A stretch of 64,000 nt of DNA from the human T2T-CHM13v2.0 reference genome, Homo sapiens (GCF_009914755.1 NC_060941.1), one strand, 5' to 3'. Positions 13,661 to 29,922 are shown, counted from the first letter of the stretch. Program-made: numbers and translations. Notes: generated from the sequence alone by a model not told the origin.

Positions 13661-14614
13661 TGTTAGAGGAAAGAGGTCCTGATCCAGACTCCAAGAGAGG
13701 ATTCTGGGATCTCGTGCAAGAAAGAATTCGAGGTGAATCCATCAGGTGAAAGCAAGTTGATTAAGAAAGTAAAGGAATAAAAGAATGGCTATTCAGGGCC
13801 AGGCATGGTGGCTCACGCCTGTAATCCCAGCACTTTGGGAGGCCAAGGCAGGTGGATCACGAGGTCAGGAGATCGCAACCATCCTGGCTAACACGGTAAA
13901 ACCCTGTCTCTACTAAAAATACAAAAAATTAGCCCAGTTTAGCCAGGCGTGGTGGCGGGCACCTGTAGTCCCAGCTACTCGGGAGGCTGAGGCAGGAGAA
14001 TGGTGAACCTGGGAGGCGGAGCTTGCCGTGAGCCGAGATCGTGCCACCACACTCCAGCCTGGGCAACGGAGAGAGACTCTGTCTCAAAAAAAAAAAAAAA
14101 AAAAAAAAAAAAAGCATTCCACAGGCAGAACAGAGGCACGGGCCACTGTTTGCCCAATTTTTATAGTTATTTCTTGGTTATATGCTAACTAAGGGGTGGA
14201 TTATTCATGAGTTTCCTGGGAAAGGCATGGACAATTCCCTGAGGTAAGGGTTTCTCCCCTTTTTAGATCATATACGGTAAATTCCGAACACTGCCATGAC
14301 ATCTGTAAACTGTCATAGTGCTGGTAGGAGTGTCTTTTAGCATGCCAATGTATTATAACTACTGTATAATGAGCAGTGAGGACGACCAGAGGTCATTTTC
14401 ATCGTTATCTTGGTTTTGGTGGGTTTTGGCCAGCTTCTTTACTGCAACCTGTTTTATCAGCAAGGTCTTTATGACCTATATCTTGTGCCGACCTTCTGTC
14501 TCATCCTGTGACTTAGAATGCCTAGCTTACTAGAATGCAGCCCAGCAGGTCTCAACCTTATTTTACCCAGCCCCTATTCAAAATGGAGTCACTCTGGTTC
14601 CAACACCTCTGACA
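13661..14614 (-). mobile_element. MER41 (MER41B-like) ERV1 solo LTR
   Basis: Reverse complement starts TGTCAGAGGTGTTGGAACCAGAGTGACTCCATTTTGAATAGGGGCTGGG; perfect TSD GGAT. Confidence 0.9.
13797..14113 (+). mobile_element. AluY inside MER41
   Basis: CCATCCTGGCTAACACGG, GGAGCTTG diagnostics; long A tail. Confidence 0.93.
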
Positions 14615-15347
14615 GGATGGTGGAAAAAAGAATCCGAATTGAGGGCTATCAAAGGAAGATTTGGCAGAATTGCTTCATAGTATTTTACTTATTCAGTAAA
14701 CATTTACTAAGGGACTAAGATATACAACATACTGTGGGGATGGGGGTTGTTGGCAGCATGAATAAGAGAAAATAAGTGTCCTGGTAGAGGTCACAGTTTC
14801 ATGGGGGACTGACGTGTTTACATGACTCCTACTGTTAAGAAGTGATAAACCAGGTCCTTAACAACAATATTCTAAAAAATAGCAACATGAGGACACTTTC
14901 CAAGAAGGACTGTCTCTTTCCATACTTTTATTTGTTCCTGTCACATCATGTTTTTGACTGAAGGCAAATTATTTAATGTGTTTATTATTTAATTTGCCTC
15001 AGTTTCTTCATCTGTAAAACACTTTCCTCATTTCTTAAATCACATAGTTTTGGAGAAACATAAATGAGAAAATTTCAGTACAGTCAGCCCTCTGTATCTA
15101 TGGGTTATTCCACATCTGCAAATTTAATGAATCTCAGATGGAAAATATTTTTAAAAGAACAATAAAAATAACAATACAACAATAAAAACTAATACAAATA
15201 ATACAGTGTAACAACTATTTATATAGCATTTACATGGTATTAGGTGTTGTATCTAAAGATGATTTAAAGTATATGAGAATGTATTAATCTGTTTTCACAA
15301 GGCTGTAAAGAAACACCTGAGACTGAGTACTTTATAAATAAAGGAGG

Positions 15348-16362
<1,015 letters not shown>

Positions 16363-18339
16363 AGAGTGCAGGAAGAACTGCCATTTATAAAACCATCAGG
16401 TCTCGTGAGAATTCACTCACTCTCACCAGGACAGCATGGAGAAAACCACCCCCCACAATCCAATCACTTCTCTCTTTGGATATGTGGGGATTACCAGCCT
16501 CTCCCTTGACATGGGGAATTACAATTTGAGATGAGGTTTGGGTGGGGGCACAGAGCCAAATCAGATCAGGGAGAGATGCAAATACTACACCATTTTATAC
16601 CAGGGACATGAACATCCTTGGATTTTGGTATCCGTGGAGGCTCTGGAACGAATCCCTCTCGGATTCTGAGGGATGACTGTAATGTGCCCATCATGTTGCC
16701 TGGCACAACCCAGATCAGATATTATTGTTATCTCCTACAGTTTTTCTTTATGCTTTTCCCCCCTCCTATTCTTTAGGTGTCCCTTCCGTTTTTCCCTACC
16801 TTCTCTTTTTCTTCTATATAACTGACCATAATAAACAACAAGATAATTATTTTCAGTGTTTTAAGAAAATTTTTCAAAAAGGTAGTTTTTCTGTTCTTGA
16901 TTTTAAAATCATACGCATGAGCTGTCATTGAAAAAATCTAATAAAAAATACCAAAAATATTTTTAAAAATTTCGTGGTGTAAGGAAGACTTACACACATT
17001 TCCCCACCATACAATTATTTTTGTATCCCTCTTTAGTACGTATGTCCTTTTATAGCCTAACCTTTTTGAGGGCAGATATGGTGTCTTAAAGTTTTGGTAT
17101 CTTTTTCAGCTACAAATATTAGCTACCTAATAAATACTATTTTTGAACAATGGCATGCAAGAATAAATGTAGAGTTTTAGGTATAATTTATCAAGGAAGA
17201 AGAGAATGCATTGTCACAGAAGAAGAACACTGTGGAAATATAGTAGATCATCTGGTAACATTTATATTCATGTCTTGCCTTCCCTCTCCTATATATATGG
17301 CAGGTAACATTTGTTTGGCTCTTTTAACTCCAATTAAAGCATTTTTGTGTGTGTGTGCTTGTGTGTGTGTGTGCATATACATTTATTCTTTTTTCCTCAG
17401 AGGCACACACACATATTTATGCACTTGGAGACAATGAAAACTATGATTTTCCAGATGCCAGAAAAGAGTTGCTTTGACACGGAATTGTGAGCTGCAGTGT
17501 TGAGTTCATGTTGGAATTCGTTCCCACTGCACCCTGAGTGTGCCATCAGATAGTAAGTAACTCAGCACTCCCACTCAGAGACAGTGACTGAAGGGGGAAG
17601 CCTTGAAGCAACTTGTCATCAGTCGTGATGTTGCTTTCTAGCTGTCAGAGACCATGTAGACATCAAACCAGAAGGATTCAGCACGGTATTAATGCGCGTT
17701 TTCATGGAGATCTGACTTTTTCTCTGTGAATTGCCCAAATATTGAGACCACAATCAAAACAAAAACCTTGGAGTATCCCAGTAGAACTCCAAGGTGTGTA
17801 TTGTGGGGGCGGGCGGGGAATCAGATTTTAAAAAATGTAATGTGGCCAGTCTGTGGTCTTCTTTTATTACCCAAAGATTTATCACATTCATTGTGTAATT
17901 AAATCTCTACATCTGTGGGGCACAAATGTTTTATGTTTCCAACATTTATGGTTTGACATCGGAAACATCTGTGCAGGCCCAGTATACAACATCTGGAAGA
18001 CATTTCTGAGCTTTTATGACATGCAGAGTGATCTTTGTTTTGGAACAAGTGTGTGGTTTTCTCCAGTAGCTCTTCCTGCTGGTTATGTCCTTCTAATTGG
18101 CATTTTGCTGGGGGATTGAAAGAAGCCTGGCTTCCTGACCTCCTGCTGGGTGTCAGGAGATGCTTCAGAAGAATCTTCACATGGTCAAGATTCACAGAGG
18201 GAGAAGATGCTGAGTCATGAATTTAGCTGGCTTAAATCCCTGATCAAGGGGAGCAGGTTGAGAGCAGAGAAGGGAACATGCATTATTGGGCCAGAACAGT
18301 CCTAGTTGCTTTCTTCAGTTGAAGGCATTGATGGCAAAA

Positions 18340-18460
18340 TGAACTTCATTGCTCCATTTACCAGTGAGGAAACTGAGTCTCTGAGAGGTTAGTTCACTTA
18401 AGGTCACCTGGCTTATAAGTGGCATATCTGAAATTTAAACTGAAGTTTGTCTAACATTGT
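18340..18460. mobile_element. MIR
   Basis: CCATTTACCAGTGAGGAAACTGAG...AAGGTCAC core. Confidence 0.7.
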
Positions 18461-18784
18461 ATTGGAACATGGTATTCTCGCTCTCGAAGAGTGGGCAAGG
18501 TAGTTTAACATTCAACAAATACTTGTTTAGTATCTATGAGGTGTTAGGAAATGTTCTTAGTACTGAAGATGGATCAATGGGGAAAAACAGATAAAATTCC
18601 CTGTCTTCATGGTGCTTAAATGTGTGCAATCAAATAGTGCAATAAAATCATGCAACTAGATTATCTAGTACGACAGAATGAAAAGAAACAATAACACAAG
18701 TAACATTATAGGTAGGAAGTTGGTGGTTGCTACGGAAAAAAAGATAGAGCTATGTATGGGTTTCAAGAATGTTGTGGAAGAGTT

Positions 18785-19200
18785 TATTTTGGTTTGGGTT
18801 CCCCTAAGCAGAGCCTGCAACAAGGACCTGGAAGTGGGTAGTTTATCTGGGAGGTGATCTCAGGAAGCAAAATAAGGGCGTGCAGAAAGTGACTCGAGGT
18901 GAGGAGAAAGGACAAGAATGGACATATTAAATAATTGATTACCCTGGGGCTCAGTTCCCCTGGGAGTCCTCCGGGGGCCATGTAGAACACACCCTAGCAT
19001 TGTCCTGTGGCAAAATGGGGAGCTTAGGCCTTTTATCCTTCCTTGATTAAAGGTTGCTAGTGAGGAACTTCAACTCTCCTAAACTATTCAGATTGTGTCT
19101 ACTAAGCACGAAGGATATTCTGTGACTTCAAAGCAGCAAAACACAGAGATGTCTGGGCACAGGTGGAGCCTGGGGCACTGCAAATGTTGCCAGAGCACAC
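18785..19200 (-). mobile_element. ERVL LTR16/LTR33-like fragment
   Basis: TTGGGTTCCCCTAAGCAGAGCCTG...GTTTATCTGGGAGGTGATC. Confidence 0.55.
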
Positions 19201-19319
19201 TGAATTCAATGGACAGTTATGCCACATTTGACCTACAGGTATTTGTAAGGCTGCAGGCATTTGTGTCATATACCCTAAGTGTCCACTATGGGGTTAAAAT
19301 GTAAAGTGATGAGGTCATT

Positions 19320-20880
19320 GTAGGCTTCACTGTGTAAGTGATGTATAAACAAAGACTTGAAAGAGGTTAGGGGTGGCTCTCTAGAGGTAGTGCCAGTGCA
19401 GAGGGCCGTACATAAGGCAATGTCTAAGGACATCTGGCATGGTCAAGGAACACTGAGTAGACCTGAGTGGCTAGAATGGGGTAAGCATGAATGGGAGTAA
19501 TAAAAAATGAGGTCAGAGTAGCAGAGGACCAGATCACGTAGGCTTTGTGAATTACTGTAAGGAATGGTGAGCCATTGGAGGGTTTTGAGCAGAGGAATGC
19601 CATGATTTGACTTACACTGAAACAACCCATTCTGGTTCCTACATTGATAATTGACTGGAAGGAGGATGATGAGGGTGTCTGAGCCCAAGGTGGTGGCAGT
19701 GGGAGTGATGAGAAGTAGATGGATTCAGGATATGCTTTGAAGGTGGAGCCAATGGGATGTCCCAATAGAGTGGATGTGAATGATGAAAGGAAGAGTTGAG
19801 TGAAGGAGGAATATAAGTATTTTGGCTTCAGAAATCTGAATAATAGAGCTGCTATTAAGTGAAACAGGAAAGGCAATAGAGGGCACAGATTCAATGAGAA
19901 AGGTCAAGAGTTTAGTTTTGGACATTTACAGTTTGAGGTGAATATGGGACATAAAAGAAGAGATGCCAAAGTAGGAAGTAGGATCTGAGTCTGGAGTCCA
20001 GGGCTGAGGCCTGGGCTGGAGATGTAACTGTGGGAATCCTCAGCATACAGACATGCTTCAAAGCCATGAGACAGAATGAGATCACCAGGGGAGGAATGCC
20101 GAGGGAGAGGAGAAGCGCTCCAAGGACTGAGCCCTGGGGCCTCCAACATTTATAAGTCAGGGAGAAGAGGAGGCCCACAGAGAGGATGCAGAAAAAGTGT
20201 TCAGTGAAGAGAAGGAAAGCCAAGAGAAAGTTGTGTCTGCGAAGCCAGATTGGATCAGATTTAAGAGAGAATTGGAGGAAAGTAAATGCAGACAGGGAGG
20301 AAAAACAACTTCTTTGAGACATTTTGCTGCAAAGAAGAGCCGACAGCAGAGTAACAGCTAGATGGGAAGTGAAGACAAGAGAGGTGTTTTTTCCTTTAGT
20401 TGTGAGAAGTAATAGCAATTTGTTGGCCGATGGGAATAATCCATCATTTCCCTCCCTAAGCAGAGAAAACTCGAAGATTTGAGAGAGGATAATTTCTGGA
20501 TCCCCAGCCTACCCTACCGTAGTCAAGAAGTGATGGGTATAAATCTCCATGGGTATTTTAGCCTTGGATAAGAACAAGTACAGGTCATCATTTTAACAAA
20601 GCAAATATGGATTATAGAATCTAGTAGATGTGGAAATGTGTTGGTGGGTTTTTGTGGAAGTTTGTTCTGATTGTTTCAAACTTCTCAGTACAGTGGGACA
20701 CAAGGTCATAGTGTTGGGTGTTAAGAACAAAGAGTTGTAAAATATTTACCTAGGAGAAGTAGGAAGAGAATGAAATAGTGAAATATTTTATCATGGCCAG
20801 GAAACACCATTAAGGGACCTATTTGAGGTTCATAGTCATAAATAGTTTTTAGCAAGACCCATAAATCAATCATTAAAGAA
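19320..20880 (-). mobile_element. L2 LINE fragment with reverse transcriptase remnants
   Basis: Minus-strand ORFs carry RT motifs PQGSVLGALL and LYAED (YADD-like) in different frames. Confidence 0.85.
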
Positions 20881-21199
20881 TGACAGAGAAGAGTGAGGTC
20901 AATGTTGCTGGTAGTTTAGGATCCCCTGCTACATGATCCCATGGAAATTTCTGTCTTACCCCTCCCCAGATACTGTGAGGGAGCAGGGAACAGGGCATTC
21001 TCCTACAAAATTGATGGCAATGAGAATTGACAGAGCCTTCTTGGTGAACAGTTTAAAAATGTCAAATTTGTAAAATATGTGCACCCTTGCATCCCATAAT
21101 ATTGTTCAAATACCCCTCCTCTGCATCACTCAGGTACTCAGGACCCCACCTCTCAGGACCCCACCATCACTCAGGACCCAACCTCTGCATCACTCAGGT

Positions 21200-21885
<686 letters not shown>

Positions 21886-22801
21886 CCTCTGATTCAGAGA
21901 TTCTACCATTAGGAATTTATCCAGAGGCAATAATAAGGAGGCAAAGATTTTGCTGATGTATTGTCTATAATAGTGATAAATAGAAATGACATTGATTGTA
22001 GGACACATTGCCTAAATTATTTATGGTACATCCATATTATAGAGACATCGATATGCCATATATGCATATTTAAAGACATGAAAAGATTTTCACAATATTT
22101 TGCTGAGTGGAGAATGTCAGTTATACAGCAGTAAGTTCAAGTAGGACCTCGTTAAAATGATCTACATAAATACATGTGTGTAAAACATATGTGTAGTAAG
22201 AGACTTGAAGAACAAGCATCAAAGTCTTTAATGTGGTTAACTGGGTGCTAGAATTATAGGTGGTTTAAATAATTTTTTGTTCATATTGGTTGTCTAATTT
22301 TCATAGGCTGATCATAAGTTGCTTTTGTAACAAGAGGAAGCGAAGTAGTATTTTAATTTGAAGAAAAATGTATTAAAACTGATCTAGCTTCTGAGTAAGA
22401 GGAACAGATGTAGAAAACTTCCAGAACAGGAAGAGGAAGGTTGGCCACATGCACACCGAAAATGAACTTGGATTCTAGACCTCACTGGAAACTTTCCATG
22501 ACTTCATATGAATGTGTCTACATTTCCAAATTTCAGGGTGCACAGTCTTTTAAAGGATGCATGTGCGGCTTGACGCATCTCTCCCAGAGGTAGTCTCAGA
22601 AAAATAGTTTAGTTGCTGAAATGTCTAAAGTTCCAGGACACTTCAGGGATGTCTGGAAATAATAAACAGAATATTTGAAATCAAGATATTAAACAAATCT
22701 AGCCTAGTCGATCACCATAAATGTGGATATTTCCACTCTTATCACAGAGGCCATTTGAGAGATGCCAACATTATGCTGCAACTTTGGACAAAATTTATGT
22801 C

Positions 22802-23098
22802 CATGCTTCCCAAACTTCAGTCATTTTTTTTTGCCACTTTTTTGATTTTTTAGGTATGCACCATCTGTAATATTGCTTATTCAATGCTTTTCCTTAAATA
22901 GACTCTTTGTTGAATTTTAAGAACTTCCCTAACTTGATTCAAAGTAATAGTATTCAAGATAAACTGACTTAATTTACTAGTAATAATTTTTAGATACACA
23001 TTAAAATGAGTACATAACTGTCAAAATAGAAAACATTTGTCTGTGTGCCTCTGAAGAATCATCTCTTGTATTTGTACCATGCTTTGGGAACACATTGC
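22802..23098. mobile_element. hAT-Charlie-like MITE
   Basis: TGCTTCCCAAACTT ... TTTGGGAACACATTG terminal inverted motifs. Confidence 0.45.
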
Positions 23099-24354
23099 AC
23101 TAGGTTGTCAGAATCTGAAAGAACAGACATTTTTGGGACCTACGGTAACTTGCTAAACTAGAGGGAGAGAAGGAAGGCACTCTCCAACGTTTGGCTTGGT
23201 CTGTTCACAGCACAGGCAAACCCTGACTCCTGCTAAAAATTTGTTTGTAAGTCAGTCATGTGGAGCAAGAACATATTCTATGTTAAATGGATTTTTATGG
23301 GCTGGTGGGAGAAGGTGATTGCCACATAGAAAAATGCAAACTTTTATGGTCTTTTTTTTCTCTGAGGCTGCTTGGATGCCACCACAAACATGATTTATGT
23401 ATTTATTTTGGCCCAAGGACAATTTACCAGTTCCTGATGCCTAGTTAATGGACGTAGATGTTTCTTGAATTTAATTGATTAAAACTGTTTAAAACTTTGT
23501 CTTCAGCATCCGGGAAATTTCAGAAAGAGAATGATTCTTATTTGAAATCGAAAGGAATTCAGAAGCCACATTGGGACAAGGGACAGAAAGTGAGGGTGGA
23601 AACATCTACATAAGTAACCATGATGGTTTGCTAACACTGTAGTATGGGGTGCAGGAAGGAGGCTGTTGAGAAGATCTTTGATCTCTGTTGGAGGACTGTT
23701 GTCTCACCCTCCAAAAATAGGTTGTGGCAATTCACATAGGTACCAAGCAATCAAATTCTTGACTTTAGTTGCGAGGCCCAATATCTGGGAAACGTCTTAT
23801 GCATTCGCATGTCCTGGTTCAAAGTCCGACAATTGGCTTTGATTTAAAAATGCCCAGTGTGGGGGAGACTGCTCTTCATTTTCATTTCCTAAAATCATCA
23901 CTAGCTGGACTTCTTTCTTATCGGAAACTAAAAAATTCAACAAGAGACGCTATTTTTTTTTTTTTTTTTGCCATTTTCACAGAGTTTTCATTTCTGATCC
24001 AATATGCCAACCCAGCACACTTTTCCATATATAATTCTAGGAAAGTACTACTAATAGTACATGTATATTATAGTTCCATAATATGTCATATACAAATACT
24101 TTTATACCTGCTAGGTAGGAGCCTTCTAAGATTAGTCAAGTCAGTTGAAAGATAGTTATTAATAGCCTGTCTAGTCACTGGATATTTATTTATGTGTGAG
24201 CATGGAAGCTTGACTTGGGGAGGAAGGATTTGGATTTGCTAAGATAATCACTTAGTAAGCTTTTAAAATTCTATGCAGATATAAGGAATAATGATTATTA
24301 TTCATCTGCTTTATTGGTCACGTCCTCTTCCCTCTCTCAGTCATTTCTTAGTAA

Positions 24355-24693
<339 letters not shown>

Positions 24694-24741
24694 CTCTATT
24701 TATTATACACCACTTCTCTCTCTAAGATTTTGAATTCCAGT

Positions 24742-25161
24742 TGTGATAGACTGCTACTTTGTGGCTCCTGGCATTCATGCCCTAGTGTGCACCCTCTCAT
24801 TGAATCTGAGCTGCCCTGTGATCTGCTTTATCCACGAGCTCAGGGAAGTAGTGGCCCTGATGTCGTTCTCCACTTAAGTCTTCAGAATCCCTGGAACCTT
24901 TTGCTTTCGTGTCAGGGGGAGCCATTTACCATGCAAGAAGTTCTGCTACCCTGAGACCTTCATGCTGTGAGAAGCCCAAATCAGCTGAGCCGAGAGTTCA
25001 TGTGGAGGAGAAATGAGGCTTCAGGCAACAAATTCAGCTGTTTCCCAGCAAGTTGCCAGCACCAACTCTTCAGCCATGTATGTGAAACCATGTTGGAAGT
25101 GGATCCTCTTGCCCCTACTCAGACCTCCTCAGCTGATGCCACATGGAATGCAGGTGAACTG
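24742..25161 (+). mobile_element. Old MLT1(F/G/H)-like LTR
   Basis: CTCCTGGCATTCATGCCC, CATGCTGTGAGAAGCCCAA, CAGCCATGTATGTGAAACCATGTTGGAAGTGGATCCTC. Confidence 0.65.
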
Positions 25162-25590
25162 TGTGTACATTTTCAAGGGATTCTGTAGCAAAGAAACACA
25201 AATTAGGTGACTAAAACAACAGAAACTTTTTCTTTTACAGTTCTGGAGGCGAGAAGTCTGAAATCAAGGTATTAGCAAGGCCGTATTCCCGTTAAGGCTT
25301 TAGGGGTGTATCCCTCCTTGCTACTTGCAGCATTTGGTAGCCCCAGCTATTCCTTGTGTCAATAAAGCCAATCTCTGCCTCTGTCTTCACATGGCCATCT
25401 TCCCTCTATGGCTGTGTCCCAAGTTCCTTCTTATAAGGACACCAGCCGTTGGATTAGGGCCCACTCTAATGACCTCATCTGAACGTTATTACATCTCCAA
25501 AGACCCTATTTCCAAATAAGGTCACATTCATGGCACTGAAGATTAGGACTTCAGTATATCTTTTTGGAGGACACAATTCCATCCATAACA
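25162..25590 (-). mobile_element. MLT1B/C LTR nested in the older MLT1
   Basis: Perfect 5-bp TSD AACTG; ACAGTTCTGGAGGC...AAGTCTGAAATCAAGG. Confidence 0.85.
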
Positions 25591-28029
25591 AACTGTCCAC
25601 ATTGAGCCCTGCTTTTTAATTGAAGAATTGTGATCAAATAAATAGAATGACGTTTTTGGCCCCTGAATTTTGAATTACTTTCTCACGTAGCAGTAAATAA
25701 TGAACACAGCAAGTTATTTCCCTTTGATGCCTCCACTGTAAAGGCGCTGCCATTTCCTGCCCTGAATTGCAGGAAATCTTTCTTTCTGTCAGTTTTTTTT
25801 CTCCCCAGGCTATTTTTTTGTGTAGTAAATGTTGGTGTATACAGTTTTATTTCTTTCTCATTTTTATTCACTTCCAATTTTCTCCATCTCAAGCAAAGTT
25901 TCACTGGGAGTTACGTTATCTCTCTAGTATGATTATTCCAATATGACTACAAAGTCTTCTCTTCTGTTTTCTCAAGTACCAATGTTTTCCCTGTTGCCTC
26001 ACATTTTTAGATCTCTGTTGAATGTCTGGCCCTACGATAGCTACAGACATTTGATTGATCTCTTCTTCCCTTCATCAGCATGCACTTCCTCCCTCACTAG
26101 AAGGATTTGACACTGGGTATTCCCTTCTCTGACAGACCCAACTCCTTTTCTTTTTATTGGCTTGGGCTGAGAACAAGGCAAGTGTGATCTGAGCCACCTC
26201 TTAAGTATAAGGAATGTGGCTTTTAAAAATGCATGCACCCAGGATTATTCTCAATTCAGATTACCTTAATTGGTGGTAAGAATTGAAGCTGGAGTTGGGT
26301 AGTTAATGAAGATGCCAGGTGGGAAGGAGTGAAATACTGGAGCCTGAATGAACCTATGGAATAATTCTTGTTAATCCATATTTTATTCCAACGTAACTTC
26401 TTTGTCACTCTTATACATCCAAATCCTGGCTTGTATCATTTCTAGTTCTGAAAATTACCTCCTTGTGACTTTTTGTATTTACCCACATCATCATCTCCTT
26501 AAAGACTCCAGCCTTGAACTCACTTCTCTTTCTCCCCACTCTTCAATCACCTTGAACCTCTGGCATTTCATCCATCTGCCCCATGCATTATTACTATATC
26601 ACATCAGTCCCAACACATACACATACCCACATACTCACAGAGAGAGAATCTGGTGCCTCCAAAGGCTGACTGGTTGATCCAAAATACTACTGCTTGAAGA
26701 TATTAAGAAATGAGGGTAAGAAAGAAGTGCACAATGATCCCCTAAGTCTCAGGACCAAAGGACATTCAAAAAGCAAGGAGCATGGAGCAAAAATGCAAAG
26801 GCAGGTACCTTCAATACACATCGTTCTACAGCTTTACAGTATCCAACTTTCCAGAAGGTATTATGTTTCATGAGTTCAGAATGCAGTTCTCTCTTATAAA
26901 TAAACAGTTCAGTAGGCCTTGCAGTACCTGATCAATGCACCAAAAAGAACAAATAAGGGTAGAAAGAGGAGCTTAATTTCCAAGGAAGTTATATCTATTC
27001 ATGTGTAGCTTATGAGAAAACTACCTTTTCCTCAATTGTATCTGCATTATCACATGTGCCCACTTTTGAAGTGGAAGAATTCTATAACGGGGTGACACTG
27101 AGATTGAGTTTTAAGGAAAAAGAATTATTCATATATTTATTCATTCATATCAACTGCTTTGTATTTGGTGCTAGATGTCTTGGGTTTGGTTTCCCAGGAG
27201 AAAATCTGAGTCAAGGATTTTGGGCAAGTTTTTTTATTAAGATGGTTTTTTTCAGGATAACCTGAAAAGGTAGTTGGATTCTGGCACTCCCCGATAAAGT
27301 CAGTGGAGATTATAGAATTCCCCAAGCCAGGAAGTTTTCTTTGTGTTCTAAAGAGGCAAGGAGAGAAATGGACAGAGTCAAGAATCTTGGTCCAAGCTCT
27401 AGCTCTGGCTCTAACCAGTGGTGGGTTAAGTTAGTTACCTCAAAAGCTTTCCAAAAAGATTTTGAAACCATTAAACAAGGTAACATACAATTTTAACAAA
27501 TGGTCAGTGACAGCCTTCTATAGGGTAAGAAGATAAAGTTGCAGAACTGAAGGCTCCTGTCCTTGGGAGATTCCCAGTTGTGATAACCAGACTGGATTCT
27601 TGAGTCAGTGCAGCTGCCACATCCATCCAGTAGGGGCGCCAACTAACACAGGATTGAGATGGAAACATGACTGCTAATTCATTAAGGTTTCCACGTATGA
27701 CTTTTTACATAATGGAAACGTGCTTCCTCTTGGGCTGAGGAAGATAGCACTCAAGCACAGAAATCTCTCTGATCCAGCCCCTGCCCCAGCAAGATGAGTG
27801 TTATTGAAAGAACCGAAAACTGGTTTAAAGGAAGGACCTCTAATTGCCTGGCTATGGCAACAAATAGTTGGTTTGTCCAAAGCTTTCACATGTTTGGACC
27901 TAGCCTTATGTGAGAAAACTTCCACTAGTGGGGAGCAGCTACAGCTCCAATGCATAACAGTGAGGGGCTCTAGGAAATATGAATGTTGAATTGTTAGGGA
28001 AAAAATTCTGCACCTAATCCGTCACTTCT

Positions 28030-28325
28030 TTGTTCACTCAACAAATATTTACTGAGTTTCTGCCAGCCGCCAGGCATTGTTCTAACTAAGCCATGCGGAC
28101 ACAGCAATAACTAGAACAAATATAATCCCTACCCTCTTGGAACTTACATTCTAGAGGGAAAGAGATGTTAAGTATAACAAATAAGGAAACATAACAGTGT
28201 TTCAGGTGATGATAGTGTGATGGAGAAAAAGTTGAGGTATGGAGTAAGGTTGCTTTTTTGTACAGGGTGGTCAAGGAAGGTGTCAAAGATAAGATAGTGT
28301 TTGAGATGAGCTCTGAAGGAGGTGA
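28030..28325 (-). mobile_element. L2 3' fragment
   Basis: TTCACTCAACAAATATTTACTGAG...TTACATTCTAG. Confidence 0.7.
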
Positions 28326-28338
28326 ACCGTGCACCTCT

Positions 28339-28342
<4 letters not shown>

Positions 28343-28391
<49 letters not shown>
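28343..28391. repeat. (GT)~24 microsatellite
   Basis: Perfect GT run. Confidence 0.97.
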
Positions 28392-28392
<1 letters not shown>

Positions 28393-28497
28393 AGTGCTCA
28401 GAGAATCAGCTAGAGTGGCTGTGGGGAATCCAGCAAGGAGGAGAGTGACAGGTTGTAGTGGTGGGGCGGGTGGTTGGAAAGGGCGGGTTATGTGGGA

Positions 28498-28666
28498 CAA
28501 TCGTTCTCAAACTTTGCTGCACGTTAAAACCACTTGTGAGGCTTTTAAAAATCCCAATATCCAGGCCTTACCCCAGATCAGATTCCCTGGGGTTGGGACC
28601 CTGAGATCAGTGGCTTTTAAAGCCCCCCAGGTCATTCCCATGTTCAACTAGGGCTGAGGACCAGCA
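28498..28666. mobile_element. MER5A-type hAT MITE
   Basis: GTTCTCAAACTT ... CCAGGTCATTCCCATG ... GGGCTGAGGACCA. Confidence 0.7.
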
Positions 28667-28695
28667 ATGAGGGGCTTTAGGTCATTGCTAGGATA

Positions 28696-29422
<727 letters not shown>

Positions 29423-29497
29423 GGAAGGTTATAGAGGTGGGATAGAATCTGCTTTAAATACATCTCTGGTTGCTGAGATAAACTTTTTGTAGAGGGG

Positions 29498-29922
29498 TAC
29501 TATGATTTGGATATGGATTTCTTGTGTCCACCAAAGCTCATGTTGAAATTTGGTCTTCAGTGAGTGGTGCTGGGAGGTGGGGGCCTAGTGGGAGGTGTTG
29601 GGTTTGGGGGCGGATCTCTCAAGAACGGCTTGGGTTGTTCTGTGATAGTGAGTTCTGGCTCCAGGATTAGTTCCCACAAGAGTGGGTTGTAATAAAGCCC
29701 AGAGACGTGTCAGGTTTGGCCCCTCTTTGCCTGTGTTCGATTTCCCTTTGGACTTCTTTACCATGTTTTGATGCAGTTCAAAGTCCTTCACCTGAAGCCG
29801 AGCAGATGCCAGCACCACGCGTCTTGTACAGCTTGCGGAACTGTGAACTAAATAAACCACTTTTCTTTATAAATGACCCAGCTTCCGGTATTCTTTTATG
29901 GAAACGCAAAACAAAGTAAGAA
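29498..29922 (+). mobile_element. MST(B/C) MaLR LTR
   Basis: CTCATGTTGAAATTTG...GGGAGGTGGGGCCTAGTGGGAGGTG; AATAAACCACTTTTCTTTATAAAT. Confidence 0.8.

Noticed and set aside
19424-20418. 156-168-aa minus-strand ORFs with RT-like motifs
   Set aside because: Frameshifted L2 remnants; the motifs lie in different frames and YADD is mutated to YAED.
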